64,000 nt of DNA, taken from the NCBI GenBank assembly GCA_012735575.1, contig JAAYGY010000056.1, forward strand, positions 29,360 through 93,359, given 5' to 3'. Below the pieces are notes generated by a model that saw only the letters and a program-made list of their open reading frames with translations, was not told where the DNA came from and made no database searches. Source of the DNA: Clostridiales bacterium. Its GTDB lineage: Bacteria; Bacillota; Clostridia; Caldicoprobacterales; UBA3941. The stretch's first letter is position 1; the number at the start of each line of letters is the position of its first letter. A program made the translations under genes and the position numbers. Below are positions 31,334 through 40,635 of this stretch, one piece after another.

Positions 31334-31360
31334 TATCATTTCCTCCTACGTTAATCTATC

Positions 31361-31611
31361 AAAAATAAAACGCCCCATCAGCTGGAAGGGACGTTAATAT
31401 ACGCGGTACCACCCTTGTTACCGAACCAATTTGTTCGATCACTCGGTTTAGTCTAACGGCTCACACCGCTACAGCTTACAAATTTTCAGCTGTAGTGCTC
31501 CGGGACGGCTTCAATCAACCATATTCAAAGGGCTTTCACCATTTCCCTTCTCGCTAAAGAACTGGGCTTGATTTACTACTTCCCATCACAGCATTTTCTA
31601 TATTATTTTGT
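31361..31611 (-). promoter_or_regulatory. T-box riboswitch leader (Ala) with terminator/antiterminator
   Basis: Minus strand: Stem I GGGA-AGTAGTA...TTGATTGAAGCCG-TCCC (specifier GCC at 31509-31507), T-box sequence AACAAGGGTGGTACCGCGTA (31419-31400), terminator CGTCCCTTC-CAGCT-GATGGGGCG + TTTTATTTTT. Confidence 0.9.
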
Positions 31612-31617
31612 ATGTTA

Positions 31618-31646
31618 ATTATATAGAAGCTTATCGAATTTGTCAA
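31618..31646 (-). promoter_or_regulatory. Consensus sigma-A promoter of alaS leader
   Basis: Minus strand TTGACA-17 nt-TATAAT. Confidence 0.75.
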
Positions 31647-31668
31647 TATTTAGATTTGTACTATGTTT

Positions 31669-32721
31669 TTAATAGTTATCAGATACAATAGCTAGATAAA
31701 TATTTTTTATGATAACTTTCAGTATTAGTACGGTAGGTACTGCAAAAAACATACCTATTACTCCAAAGAAAACTCCTGCCAGCCACAGAGCAACAATTAT
31801 ATATATGGGATGAAGACCCACATGATCACCCATGATTTTTGGAGTAATAATATTACTCTCTAGCTGCTGTACTAAAATCACTACAATTAATGTCGCTATC
31901 ATCTTAGATGGGGAGTTTAAGAGGGCAATCATAACAGCAGGTATAGCACCCAGTACTGGACCAAAATAGGGTACAATCTCAAAAATACCAGCAAACAAGC
32001 CTAAAATAGCAGCATAGGATAATCCAATAATAAAATAGCCTATGGTAGCAAGTAAGCCTACTAGCAATGCTACCAACATCTGCCCACGGATAAACTTATC
32101 TAAAATTACGCCTATTTCAGAAGCTGTATGTAAAACAGGTTTTCGTATTTTATTTGGAATTAATTCTATAACTAGTTTTTTAAAATGGTCTCTGTCCTTC
32201 ATAAAATAAAAACTTAAAACTGGTATGGTAAAAATAGATGCAGCTTTTCCAATTCCATCTACTGCACCATCCATTCGTGCCTTAATATATGCTACTAGCC
32301 ATTTATTCATCTCATCAGTGTATTGGTTTAAAGTAATTTGTATACTATAGGGAATACCTATTCTTTTCATTTCATTTTGTAGTTTTAATTGTATCTCTTG
32401 TATTTGTTGAGCAAATATTGGTATTCTATTAAGAAGGGCAATAGCCTGCCTTATTAGTAGAGGAACGATTAAAACCATTAATCCTATGAAAATTAGAAAT
32501 ATGGTAATAAATAGAATAATCACTGCCTTAGGACGTGATATATAATTCTCTAGCCAACGGCTTATAGGGGTCAGAATATAGGCGATTACAATTGAATAAA
32601 AAATATATTTAACTATTTCCATAACCTTGGACCATCGGACTATTACTCCCCATAAAAGTACAGCTAAAATCATTACAACAAATATAATAAGCGCTATTTT
32701 CTTGTTATACATTATTTTCAT
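31669..32721 (-). CDS. AI-2E family transporter (PerM/YtvI-like permease)
   Basis: 350 aa, about 8 TM helices, conserved FEIVPYFGPVLGAIPA and QQLESNIITPKIMG motifs. Confidence 0.8.
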   Translation of the reverse strand: MKIMYNKKIALIIFVVMILAVLLWGVIVRWSKVMEIVKYIFYSIVIAYILTPISRWLENYISRPKAVIILFITIFLIFIGLMVLIVPLLIRQAIALLNRIPIFAQQIQEIQLKLQNEMKRIGIPYSIQITLNQYTDEMNKWLVAYIKARMDGAVDGIGKAASIFTIPVLSFYFMKDRDHFKKLVIELIPNKIRKPVLHTASEIGVILDKFIRGQMLVALLVGLLATIGYFIIGLSYAAILGLFAGIFEIVPYFGPVLGAIPAVMIALLNSPSKMIATLIVVILVQQLESNIITPKIMGDHVGLHPIYIIVALWLAGVFFGVIGMFFAVPTVLILKVIIKNIYLAIVSDNY

Positions 32722-32801
32722 ATATTCTTATAGGCTCCTCTCTTAATAGAAGAGTAAGAGACCAGAACACCCTAGATCCGGTCTCATTTTGTATACTTTA
32801 A

Positions 32802-32972
32802 TTATCTAAATTTCATGCCTGGCATTATTTTGGTTGCAGCATCTACCATATCTTTTCCGCTTTTCATTATCTTTTTTCTGGTATCATTGCTTGATCTTGA
32901 TGAAAACATAATAGCTGCAGCAGCCCCTATTAAACCTCCAGCTATAAACCCATTTAGATATTTATTTGCCAC
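32802..32972 (-). CDS. Small YtxH-like membrane-anchored protein (56 aa), missing from ORF track
   Basis: GTG at 32972 with AAAGGAG 7 nt upstream; VANKYLNGFIAGGLIGAAAAIMFSSRSSNDTRKKIMKSGKDMVDAATKIMPGMKFR; Gly/Ala-rich helix followed by S-x-x-TRKK resembles YtxH N-terminus. Confidence 0.55.
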   Translation of the reverse strand: MANKYLNGFIAGGLIGAAAAIMFSSRSSNDTRKKIMKSGKDMVDAATKIMPGMKFR

Positions 32973-33005
32973 AATATCACTCCTTTTAGTTTAAAATAGA
33001 TACTT

Positions 33006-33524
33006 CTAAGAATCTGATAGAAGGTTTAGAATACCTTTGTTATTAGATTTTAACTCTATATTATCTTCTTCTGGTATCACAATCACATCTTCACCTAACT
33101 GGGGCTGAAAATCCCCAGTCAATATACTGCGACCTGCTACAAGATCGTCTAGTATACCTTTTGAAATTTCATATCCTTCTATATATCCATCTTCGGGATT
33201 AAAAATAACATTGCTAATGGTACCTAATTCTTGGCCATTATCCTTAATAATGGTTTTTCCAACAATATTATTATCCTCTTTTATTACCAACCGCCTTTGA
33301 CAACCATTACTAACTATAATTACTGCTTCACCAAAAGCATTAATATCATCAAAATCGATGAAGAAGTTTTTAGATATATAGCCAGTACCAGCTACAATAA
33401 TACCCTTTATTCTTTTGCTACTTGGATCATATAGTATATCCTCAACTATACCTAATTTTTTCCCAGTCTGTTCACAGATAACTGGAAACCCTATAATACT
33501 GTCTCTTTTTACAAACTTACCCAA
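33006..33524 (-). CDS. PRC-barrel domain protein (two PRC barrels; YlmC/YmxH-related)
   Basis: 172 aa; two repeats of G-x-P-V/I...G-x-x-L-G-x-V/I-x-D/N-V/I (IGFPVICEQTGKKLGIVEDILYD; VGKTIIKDNGQELGTISNVIFN). TTG start. Confidence 0.65.
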   Translation of the reverse strand: MGKFVKRDSIIGFPVICEQTGKKLGIVEDILYDPSSKRIKGIIVAGTGYISKNFFIDFDDINAFGEAVIIVSNGCQRRLVIKEDNNIVGKTIIKDNGQELGTISNVIFNPEDGYIEGYEISKGILDDLVAGRSILTGDFQPQLGEDVIVIPEEDNIELKSNNKGILNLLSDS

Positions 33525-33652
33525 TTTTATTCCCCCGGTAAATAATATTAACTTATGTAACTCTATTTTCTCCTAAAAACAAAAAATCATTATAAAAAGG
33601 TGATATACATCTACTGGATATTTAAAGCAAATGATTATAAATATGTATGCAT

Positions 33653-33698
33653 AAAAAAAAGGTCAGCTTTTGAAGAATTTCTCAATAACTAGCTGACC
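33653..33698 (-). terminator. Rho-independent terminator after mnmA
   Basis: Minus strand GGTCAGCT...AGCTGACC 8-bp stem (22-nt loop) followed by TTTTTTTT. Confidence 0.7.
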
Positions 33699-33720
33699 AT
33701 ATCTTTATTCAGGCTATGAT

Positions 33721-34818
33721 TTAATTTGAATTTAAGCTATGCTCTATTATTCCTCCGCCCAAAACATAGTCATCCTCATAAAAAACAGCAGCTTGTCCAG
33801 GAGTAATTGCTCTTTGGGGTTCATCAAAAGATACCTTTATCTTATTGTTTTCTAAAGGATATAAGGTGGCTGGAACTTCAGAAGCGGTGTAACGTATCTT
33901 TACCTTTGCTCTTATAGGTTCTATCAGGGCGGGAATGGAAATAAAGTTTAGTCGCTCCACTATCATTTCTTTAGAAAAAACCTCATGATGGTCACCTAGG
34001 ACAACTAAATTTTTTTCAGCATCTATTGATACAACATACATGGGTTTTCCCAAAGCTATTCCTAAGCCCTTTCGCTGTCCTATGGTGTAATGGATAATAC
34101 CCTTATGTTTGCCCAATATATTTCCCTGAGTATCTACAAAATTACCAGGATTTATTTGTTGACCTAGCTGTTGCTCTATAAACTTGCCATAGTCATTATC
34201 GTCTACAAAGCATATTTCCTGGCTATCAGGCTTATTAGCGACTGTCAAACCTATCTTTTTTGCTAGATCTCTAACCTCTTCCTTAGTATACTTACCTAGT
34301 GGGAACAAAGTATGCTCTAGTTGGTACTGAGTCATGGAATAGAGTGCATAAGTCTGATCCTTCCCTGTAGCTACAGATTTTTTCTAAATATAACGTTGAC
34401 TTTGATCATTGTAAGTTATATCTGCATAGTGTCCGGTAGCAATATAAAAGGCATCCAGATCTAAAGCCTTTTTTAAAAATCTATCAAATTTAATATAGCG
34501 GTTGCATGCAATACAGGGATTAGGAGTTCTGCCTTTTACATATTCATCAATAAAATAATCAATTACCTTATCCTGAAAAACTTCTTTAAAGTTCATTACA
34601 TAAAAAGGGATACCTATATGATTGGCCACCCGCCTTGCATCATCTACAGCTGAAAGAGAGCAGCACCCGCCCTCTCTTTCTCTTACATGCCCTGGTAAAT
34701 CAGGCCATATCTGCATGGTAACCCCAATTACCTCATATCCCTGTTCCTTTAGAATATAGGCAGCAACGGAACTATCCACTCCTCCGCTCATGCCTATTAG
34801 AACTCTTTGCTTATTCAT
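33721..34818 (-). pseudogene. mnmA: tRNA 2-thiouridine(34) synthase MnmA interrupted by one in-frame TAG (34384-34386)
   Basis: ORFs 34384-34818 (SGGVDSS PP-loop, [10 protein letters not shown]) and 33721-34335 (DSQEICF, C-terminal barrel) are in the same frame; read-through gives ...QRYI*KKSVATGKDQTYALYSMTQYQLEHTLFPLG with the conserved KDQ(S/T)Y motif encoded between stop and next ATG. Confidence 0.85.
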
Positions 34819-35198
34819 GCACCCACCTTGTTTTTTTGCTTTTCTATATAATCCTCAATTGCTTTTCGAATTGCCTCTTCTGCTAATACCGAACAATGCA
34901 TTTTTACTGGAGGTAGACCGTCTAAAGCATCAGCCACAGCCTTGTTGGTTATAGCCAAAGCCTCATTTATAGTCTTGCCCTTTATCAATTCTGTTGCCAT
35001 ACTGCTGGTGGCAATCGCTGCACCACATCCAAAGGTCTTGAATTTTACATCAACAATAACATCATTTTCTACTTTTAAAGAGATTCTCATTATATCTCCA
35101 CATTTTGCATTTCCAACTTCCCCTATCCCATCAGGATTCTCAATCTCGCCTACATTACGAGGATTCATAAAATGATCCATACCTTTTTCACTATACAT
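34815..35198 (-). CDS. nifU: NifU/IscU-type Fe-S cluster scaffold
   Basis: 127 aa; [21 protein letters not shown] three-Cys scaffold motifs; overlaps nifS and mnmA ends. Confidence 0.9.
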   Translation of the reverse strand: MYSEKGMDHFMNPRNVGEIENPDGIGEVGNAKCGDIMRISLKVENDVIVDVKFKTFGCGAAIATSSMATELIKGKTINEALAITNKAVADALDGLPPVKMHCSVLAEEAIRKAIEDYIEKQKNKVGA

Positions 35199-36378
35199 AC
35201 TGGCATCCTCCTTTTTCTTGGATAAACAAAGGTGACATTTCTCTTAGTCTTTGAACTATTTGTGGTAATACTTCCAAAACATAATCTATATCTTGATCGG
35301 TGTTGTCATCTCCCAATGTCATTCTTAATGATCCATGAGCAATTTCATGGGACAAACCAATAGCTAACAATACATGGGAGGGATCTAAAGAACCTGAAGT
35401 ACACGCAGATCCACTAGAAGCTGCAATACCTTTCAAATCCAAGCTTAAGAGCAGTGATTCACCCTCTATATATTCAAAACTCATATTTACATTTCCAGGT
35501 AATCTGGAAGTAGAGTGGCCATTTAATCTTACATTGTCAATTCTTTCCATAATACCGTTTATAAGCTTATTCCTCAGACGTATAAGCTTTTTATTATTCT
35601 CTTCCATATTTTCATATGCAAGCTCAATGGCTTTCCCTAAGCCTATAATACCGGGAATATTCTCAGTACCTGCACGACGATTTCGCTCTTGGGCTCCTCC
35701 ATGTAAAAGGGGAGTTATCTTTGTTCCCTTTCGTACATACAAGGCGCCTATTCCCTTGGGGCCATAAAATTTATGAGCTGATAATGACAAAAGGTCTATA
35801 TTCATATCATTTACATCTATGTCTACTTGTCCTATTGCTTGTACTGCATCAGTATGGAAGTAAACACCCTTCTCTTTAGTTATGGCACCTATTTCCTTTA
35901 TAGGCTGAATAGTACCTATTTCATTATTAGCAAACATTATGGAAACCAAGATTGTATCTGGTCTTATAGCTTTTTCAACCTGCTTAGGATCTACCATGCC
36001 ATAAGAATCTACCGGTAAATAGGTTACCTCAAAACCATTCTTTTCAAGAAACTCACAGGTGTATAGTACAGCATGGTGTTCAATGGCAGAGGTTATTATA
36101 TGTTTACCTTTATTTTGATTTGCCAGTGCAACTCCCTTTATTGCCCAGTTATCAGACTCAGTACCCCCGCCTGTAAAAAAAATCTCGTCAAACCTTGCAT
36201 TTAAGACTTTTGCTGTCTGTTCTCTGGCCTTATCTACTGCCTTACGGGCTTCCCGACCAAAGCTGTGTACACTAGAAGGATTACCGTAATTTTGTGTAAA
36301 ATAGGGTAGCATGGCTTCTAAAACTTCTTTCTTAATATAAGTAGTTGCGGCATGATCTAGATAGATGCTCCTTTTCAT
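35191..36378 (-). CDS. nifS: Cysteine desulfurase (NifS/IscS class I)
   Basis: 395 aa; PLP-Lys context [12 protein letters not shown], active-site loop [10 protein letters not shown]. Confidence 0.9.
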   Translation of the reverse strand: MKRSIYLDHAATTYIKKEVLEAMLPYFTQNYGNPSSVHSFGREARKAVDKAREQTAKVLNARFDEIFFTGGGTESDNWAIKGVALANQNKGKHIITSAIEHHAVLYTCEFLEKNGFEVTYLPVDSYGMVDPKQVEKAIRPDTILVSIMFANNEIGTIQPIKEIGAITKEKGVYFHTDAVQAIGQVDIDVNDMNIDLLSLSAHKFYGPKGIGALYVRKGTKITPLLHGGAQERNRRAGTENIPGIIGLGKAIELAYENMEENNKKLIRLRNKLINGIMERIDNVRLNGHSTSRLPGNVNMSFEYIEGESLLLSLDLKGIAASSGSACTSGSLDPSHVLLAIGLSHEIAHGSLRMTLGDDNTDQDIDYVLEVLPQIVQRLREMSPLFIQEKGGCQYV

Positions 36379-36411
36379 CTAAAGGACTCCTTTCACAGTA
36401 AACCTAAAATA

Positions 36412-36885
36412 TTAACTATTGCATTGCACTTTTGTACTTTCTATATCTTTGTTGGAATATTTACTATCAATTAACTGTTGCTCTCGAACCATATCTTCTA
36501 GGGTTATGGAATCTATTACTTGATTTATGCTATCTCTTATTTTTTCCCATACGATTCTAGTTACACAGGCATCAGCACCGGTACATTCAATTTCTTCATC
36601 ATCTCTAACACAGTCAGCCGGTGCAATATTACCTTCCAAAGTTCTTAAAATTTGACCTATATAGATTTTATCAGGAGACTTTCCTAGCAAATAGCCACCA
36701 TGGGCTCCACGTACACTCTTAACCAGCCCTGCCTTTCTCATACTTGCAAAGAGTTGTTCCAAGTAGGCTTCTGATATATTCTGTCTGTTGGCTATTTCAT
36801 TTAGAGGAATTGGCCCCTGAGATTGATTCAATGCTAGGTCAAACATGGCTCTCAGGCCGTATCTGCCTCTGGTAGAGAGCTTCAA
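36412..36885 (-). CDS. Rrf2-family transcriptional regulator (IscR/CymR-like)
   Basis: MKLSTRGRYGLRAMFDLA... wHTH; three Cys in CVRDDEEIECTGADAC suggest an Fe-S ligand set. Start set to TTG 36885 (GGAGGTG 5 nt upstream). Confidence 0.85.
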   Translation of the reverse strand: MKLSTRGRYGLRAMFDLALNQSQGPIPLNEIANRQNISEAYLEQLFASMRKAGLVKSVRGAHGGYLLGKSPDKIYIGQILRTLEGNIAPADCVRDDEEIECTGADACVTRIVWEKIRDSINQVIDSITLEDMVREQQLIDSKYSNKDIESTKVQCNS

Positions 36886-36906
36886 AATAACACCTCCAAA
36901 ACCCAA

Positions 36907-36988
36907 GTAATTTACTATACATTAACGACAAAAAAATAGTACCATATCCTAGTAAATTTGTCAACATTAAAGTCGACTAATTTACTAG
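36907..36988 (-). promoter_or_regulatory. Promoter of Rrf2-nifS-nifU-mnmA operon with three TAGTAAATT operator-like motifs
   Basis: Minus strand TTGACA (36964-36959)-17 nt-TACTAT (36941-36936); perfect 10-bp inverted repeat CTAGTAAATT/AATTTACTAG (36988-36979 and 36958-36949) bracketing the -35, third copy TAGTAAATTAC at 36917-36907. Confidence 0.6.
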
Positions 36989-38289
36989 ATTTTATTTTCC
37001 TTAGCTTTTAGTATCTGCTCCAAACGCTCCTTTATCCTTGCTTCTGCACCGGAATTTTTAGGAAAATAATATCGAACACCTTGAAGTTCATTTGGTAGAT
37101 ATTGCTGCACTGCCCTACCTCCCGGATAATCATGAGAATACTTATAGCCTTTTCCATGTCCCAGCTGTGCGGCTCCAGGATAATGAGTATCTCTTAAATT
37201 AATAGGGACCTCTCCTATTTTTTTATTTCGAACATCCTCCAAGGCCTTATCAATACCTACACAAACAGAATTAGACTTTGGTGAACAAGCAACCATTAAA
37301 GCTGCCTGTGCTAAAATAATCCGGCTTTCAGGCCATCCTACCCTTTCCACAGCTTGAGCCGCAGCAACCGCTACTTGCAAAGCAGCAGGATTGGCCATTC
37401 CTACGTCCTCTGCTGCAGCTATAATAATTCTTCTAGCAATAAATTCGGGTTTTTCTCCGCTTTCGATCATACGTGCCAGCCAGTGCAACACAGCATCTGG
37501 TTCCATATAATTTCTCATGCTCTTTATAAAAGCACTAACCACATCATAATGGTTATCTCCGTCCTTATCGTACCTTATAGCTTTTTGTTGAACACATTCC
37601 TGGGCCACCTCTAAGGTAATGGATATTACCCCCTCCTCATTGGGTGGAGTAGTTAAAGCAGCCAGTTCCAATGCATTTAGAACTGCCCTTGCATCACCTT
37701 CACTCATGCGAATAATATGATCTACTGCTTCAGGTTTTATATGAATTTTTTGATTACCTAATCCTTTTTCTTTATCTTTGAGACAATTAGCTATAAGTTT
37801 TTTTAAATCACCACCACATAAAGGTTCAAACTTATAAATTGTAGATCTAGATAGCAGAGCTTTATTAACTTCAAAATAGGGGTTTTCGGTGGTAGCGCCT
37901 ATTAGTATAAAGGTGCCATCCTCTACATATGGAAGCAGTGCATCTTGCTGCCCCTTATTCAGCCTATGTATTTCGTCAAAAAATAAAATAACTTTACCTT
38001 TCGGGTTAAGTAAATAGTTTTGAGCTTCCTGTGCTATTTCACGTATTTCCTTTACACCAGCGGATACTGCATTTAACTGTTTAAATGGATACTGGGTCTC
38101 TCGTGCTATAATCTTGGCTAAAGTAGTTTTTCCAGTGCCAGGCGGACCATAAAATATAGCAGATGTAAGCCTATCAGCCTTTATAGCCCTATATAATAAC
38201 CTATTCTTACCTATAATATGTTCCTGTCCTATAAATTCTTCCAGTGTTTCTGGTCTCATGCGGGCCGCCAAAGGCATATTTTTAATCAT
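36985..38289 (-). CDS. rarA: Replication-associated recombination protein A (RarA/MgsA AAA+ ATPase)
   Basis: 434 aa; Walker A GPPGTGKTT, Walker B FFDEIHR, C-terminal MgsA domain (HYDVVSAFIKSMR, YKYSHDYP). Confidence 0.9.
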   Translation of the reverse strand: MIKNMPLAARMRPETLEEFIGQEHIIGKNRLLYRAIKADRLTSAIFYGPPGTGKTTLAKIIARETQYPFKQLNAVSAGVKEIREIAQEAQNYLLNPKGKVILFFDEIHRLNKGQQDALLPYVEDGTFILIGATTENPYFEVNKALLSRSTIYKFEPLCGGDLKKLIANCLKDKEKGLGNQKIHIKPEAVDHIIRMSEGDARAVLNALELAALTTPPNEEGVISITLEVAQECVQQKAIRYDKDGDNHYDVVSAFIKSMRNYMEPDAVLHWLARMIESGEKPEFIARRIIIAAAEDVGMANPAALQVAVAAAQAVERVGWPESRIILAQAALMVACSPKSNSVCVGIDKALEDVRNKKIGEVPINLRDTHYPGAAQLGHGKGYKYSHDYPGGRAVQQYLPNELQGVRYYFPKNSGAEARIKERLEQILKAKENKI

Positions 38290-38332
38290 TTGTTATCCCC
38301 CTTTTATCACTTTAATATGATATCATGAACAA

Positions 38333-38360
38333 AATGGCTATTGAGTGTTCAATAGCCATT
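38333..38360 (-). terminator. Hairpin after glyA (terminator candidate)
   Basis: Minus strand AATGGCTATTGA-ACAC-TCAATAGCCATT perfect 12-bp stem followed by TTGTTC (weak U-tract); a TGGTATAAT -10-like element lies immediately upstream. Confidence 0.55.
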
Positions 38361-38412
38361 ATACCACTAAAAAGATAGTATTTAAAAATGTAGAAATAAT
38401 TATCAAAGAAAG

Positions 38413-39666
38413 TTATTTTAATAATCCACCAGGATATAGGGGAAATCTATTGCACAAGTCATCTACAATCTCTAAAACTCTGCTGCGATTGTTTTCCACG
38501 TCATCTAGAGCAAGGGCAATGGCTTTTGCAATTTCCTTCATCTCTTCAGTTCCCATACCTCTAGTGGTCACAGCTGGAGTTCCTAAACGAATACCGCTTG
38601 TTATAAAAGGGCTTTGAGGATCATTGGGAATAGTATTCTTATTAGTAGTGATTTTAACACTGTCCAAAATCTTTTCTGCATCCTTACCAGTCACGTTCTT
38701 GCTTCTAAGATCTATAGTCATCAGGTGATTGTCTGTTCCCCCTGAGACTAGATCAAAGCTTTCAGCTTTTAGAGCATCGGCCAGAGCCTTCGCATTATCA
38801 ATAATTCTTTGCTGGTATTCCTTAAACTCTGGGCTTAAAGCTTCCAACAGACAAACAGCTTTTGCGGCAATGATGTGCATAAGAGGTCCACCCTGAGTTC
38901 CAGGGAAAATAGCCTTATCAATGGCTTTTGCATGTTCTTTTTTGCAAAGGATCAAACCACCTCTAGGACCTCTTAAAGTTTTATGGGTAGTGGTAGTAAC
39001 AAAATCCGCATAAGGAACTGGATTAGGATGCAAGCCTGCTGCCACCAGTCCTGCAATATGTGCCATATCCACCATCAAATATGCACCTACTTCATCAGCT
39101 ATCTCTCTAAACTTCTTAAAATCTATAGTCCTGGAATAGGCACTAGCACCAGCAACAATCAATTTTGGCTTATTTTCAAGAGCCAAATTCCGTAGTTGTT
39201 GATAATCTATATATCCAGTTTCTGTATCAACTCCATAGGGTACTATATTGAAATATTTACCAGAAATATTTACAGGACTTCCATGAGTTAAATGACCACC
39301 ATGAGCCAGATTCATCCCTAAAATAGTTTCGCCAGGTTTTAATACAGCAAAATATACTGCCATATTGGCTTGGGCTCCTGAATGAGGCTGAACATTTGCA
39401 TGCTCTGCTCCAAAGAGTTCCTTCGCCCGGTCTATAGCAAGTTTTTCAACTATATCAACATACTCACATCCACCATAGTATCTTCTACCGGGATAGCCTT
39501 CTGCATATTTATTGGTAAGATGGTTTCCCATGGCCTCCATAACCGCTAGACTAACAAAGTTTTCCGATGCTATAAGCTCGATATGATTCTGCTGTCTGTC
39601 AAATTCTTTTTCCATGGCCTCTGCAAGTTCAGGGTCTACTTTGGATATCTCTTTTAAGCTTATCAC
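38413..39666 (-). CDS. glyA: Serine hydroxymethyltransferase
   Basis: 417 aa; [11 protein letters not shown]-Lys context [14 protein letters not shown]; GTG start with GGAGGT RBS. Confidence 0.95.
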   Translation of the reverse strand: MISLKEISKVDPELAEAMEKEFDRQQNHIELIASENFVSLAVMEAMGNHLTNKYAEGYPGRRYYGGCEYVDIVEKLAIDRAKELFGAEHANVQPHSGAQANMAVYFAVLKPGETILGMNLAHGGHLTHGSPVNISGKYFNIVPYGVDTETGYIDYQQLRNLALENKPKLIVAGASAYSRTIDFKKFREIADEVGAYLMVDMAHIAGLVAAGLHPNPVPYADFVTTTTHKTLRGPRGGLILCKKEHAKAIDKAIFPGTQGGPLMHIIAAKAVCLLEALSPEFKEYQQRIIDNAKALADALKAESFDLVSGGTDNHLMTIDLRSKNVTGKDAEKILDSVKITTNKNTIPNDPQSPFITSGIRLGTPAVTTRGMGTEEMKEIAKAIALALDDVENNRSRVLEIVDDLCNRFPLYPGGLLK

Positions 39667-39728
39667 TTTATTACTACCTCCATACGTTTTTAAAAATTTT
39701 TGATAAAATGTTCGACATCATTAGTCTT

Positions 39729-39757
39729 ATTATAATGATATTGTACAAATTTGACAA
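39729..39757 (-). promoter_or_regulatory. Sigma-A promoter candidate for glyA
   Basis: Minus strand TTGTCA-17 nt-TATAAT, about 60 nt upstream of start. Confidence 0.65.
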
Positions 39758-39780
39758 GGATTTTAATGAATAAATATTAA

Positions 39781-39804
39781 AAAAGCTGGTATATACCAGC
39801 TTTT
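39781..39804 (-). terminator. Rho-independent terminator after trxA
   Basis: Perfect palindrome AGCTGGTATATACCAGCT followed on the minus strand by TTTTTT; starts within the trxA stop codon. Confidence 0.85.
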
Positions 39805-40132
39805 ACAGGGCTTTCTGTATAAACTTTTCTAGTTCCGCCTTTGGACGAGCACCCATTATTTGATCCACTATTTCACCATCTTTGAATAAGATCAATGTTG
39901 GAATACTCATAACCTTGAATTGTACAGCAAGATCCCTGTTGTCATCCACATTTACTTTGGCGATCTTAGCCTTTCCATCATATTCTTCAGCTAATTGATC
40001 AATTATTGGTGCTATCATCTTACATGGACCACACCATGCAGCCCAAAAATCTACTAAAACTGGCAAATCAGATTTTAATACTTCGTGTTCAAAATTGTTT
40101 GAGTCCAAAACAACTACTTTATCACTTGCCAT
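39803..40132 (-). CDS. trxA: Thioredoxin
   Basis: 109 aa; WAAWCGPCK active site. Confidence 0.95.
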   Translation of the reverse strand: MASDKVVVLDSNNFEHEVLKSDLPVLVDFWAAWCGPCKMIAPIIDQLAEEYDGKAKIAKVNVDDNRDLAVQFKVMSIPTLILFKDGEIVDQIMGARPKAELEKFIQKAL

Positions 40133-40580
40133 CTTCTATTTCCCCTTTCGAAGATAAATTAATAATAGATACCATTCTGGGAGAATAATCTCCCTTTGTA
40201 TTAAATAAAGGGTCCATTACCCTTATACCTACAAAAGAAAGTATTGTAAGTAGTATACCGCCAATTGCTCCGTATAATTCAGTATCTCTGGATAATTGCT
40301 CTGCGATAGCATATCCTCCTATTACCCCTAATATAAGAGCAATTAGTGGTATCACATATACTATAGTAGAAGCTTTAAGAATGGAGATTGACTGCAATTC
40401 TAGCTCAACCCAATCTCCAAGCTTAGCTCCAAGATCATTGCTTACAGGCAGCAAAATTTCATTTTGATCTTTTCTCATACCGCAGGCTGTACATGAGCCA
40501 CAACTAGATCTTCTCTGTATCTTGATGATAGCGGTATTATCTTTTATATCGGCAACCTTGCCAATCTCTCTCACATACAT
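40122..40580 (-). CDS. RseC/MucC-family (SoxR-reducing system RseC-like) membrane protein
   Basis: 152 aa; N-terminal Cys cluster SCGSCTACG followed by two TM helices; 11-nt overlap with trxA. Confidence 0.65.
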   Translation of the reverse strand: MYVREIGKVADIKDNTAIIKIQRRSSCGSCTACGMRKDQNEILLPVSNDLGAKLGDWVELELQSISILKASTIVYVIPLIALILGVIGGYAIAEQLSRDTELYGAIGGILLTILSFVGIRVMDPLFNTKGDYSPRMVSIINLSSKGEIEDGK

Positions 40581-40635
40581 CAGTCCTTTAAGCCGATATT
40601 TTATACATGATTATACATAACCAATTTTTTAGAAA

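Noticed and set aside
34384-34386. Reading the mnmA in-frame TAG as pyrrolysine or a reassigned sense codon
   Set aside because: TAG is the ordinary stop of several well-defined genes in this window (cheW at 706, cheA at 1172, the PilZ gene at 3174, the PRC-barrel gene at 33006, rarA at 36985). No pyl genes are visible, so global reassignment is not supported. It remains only a remote option to be checked genome-wide.
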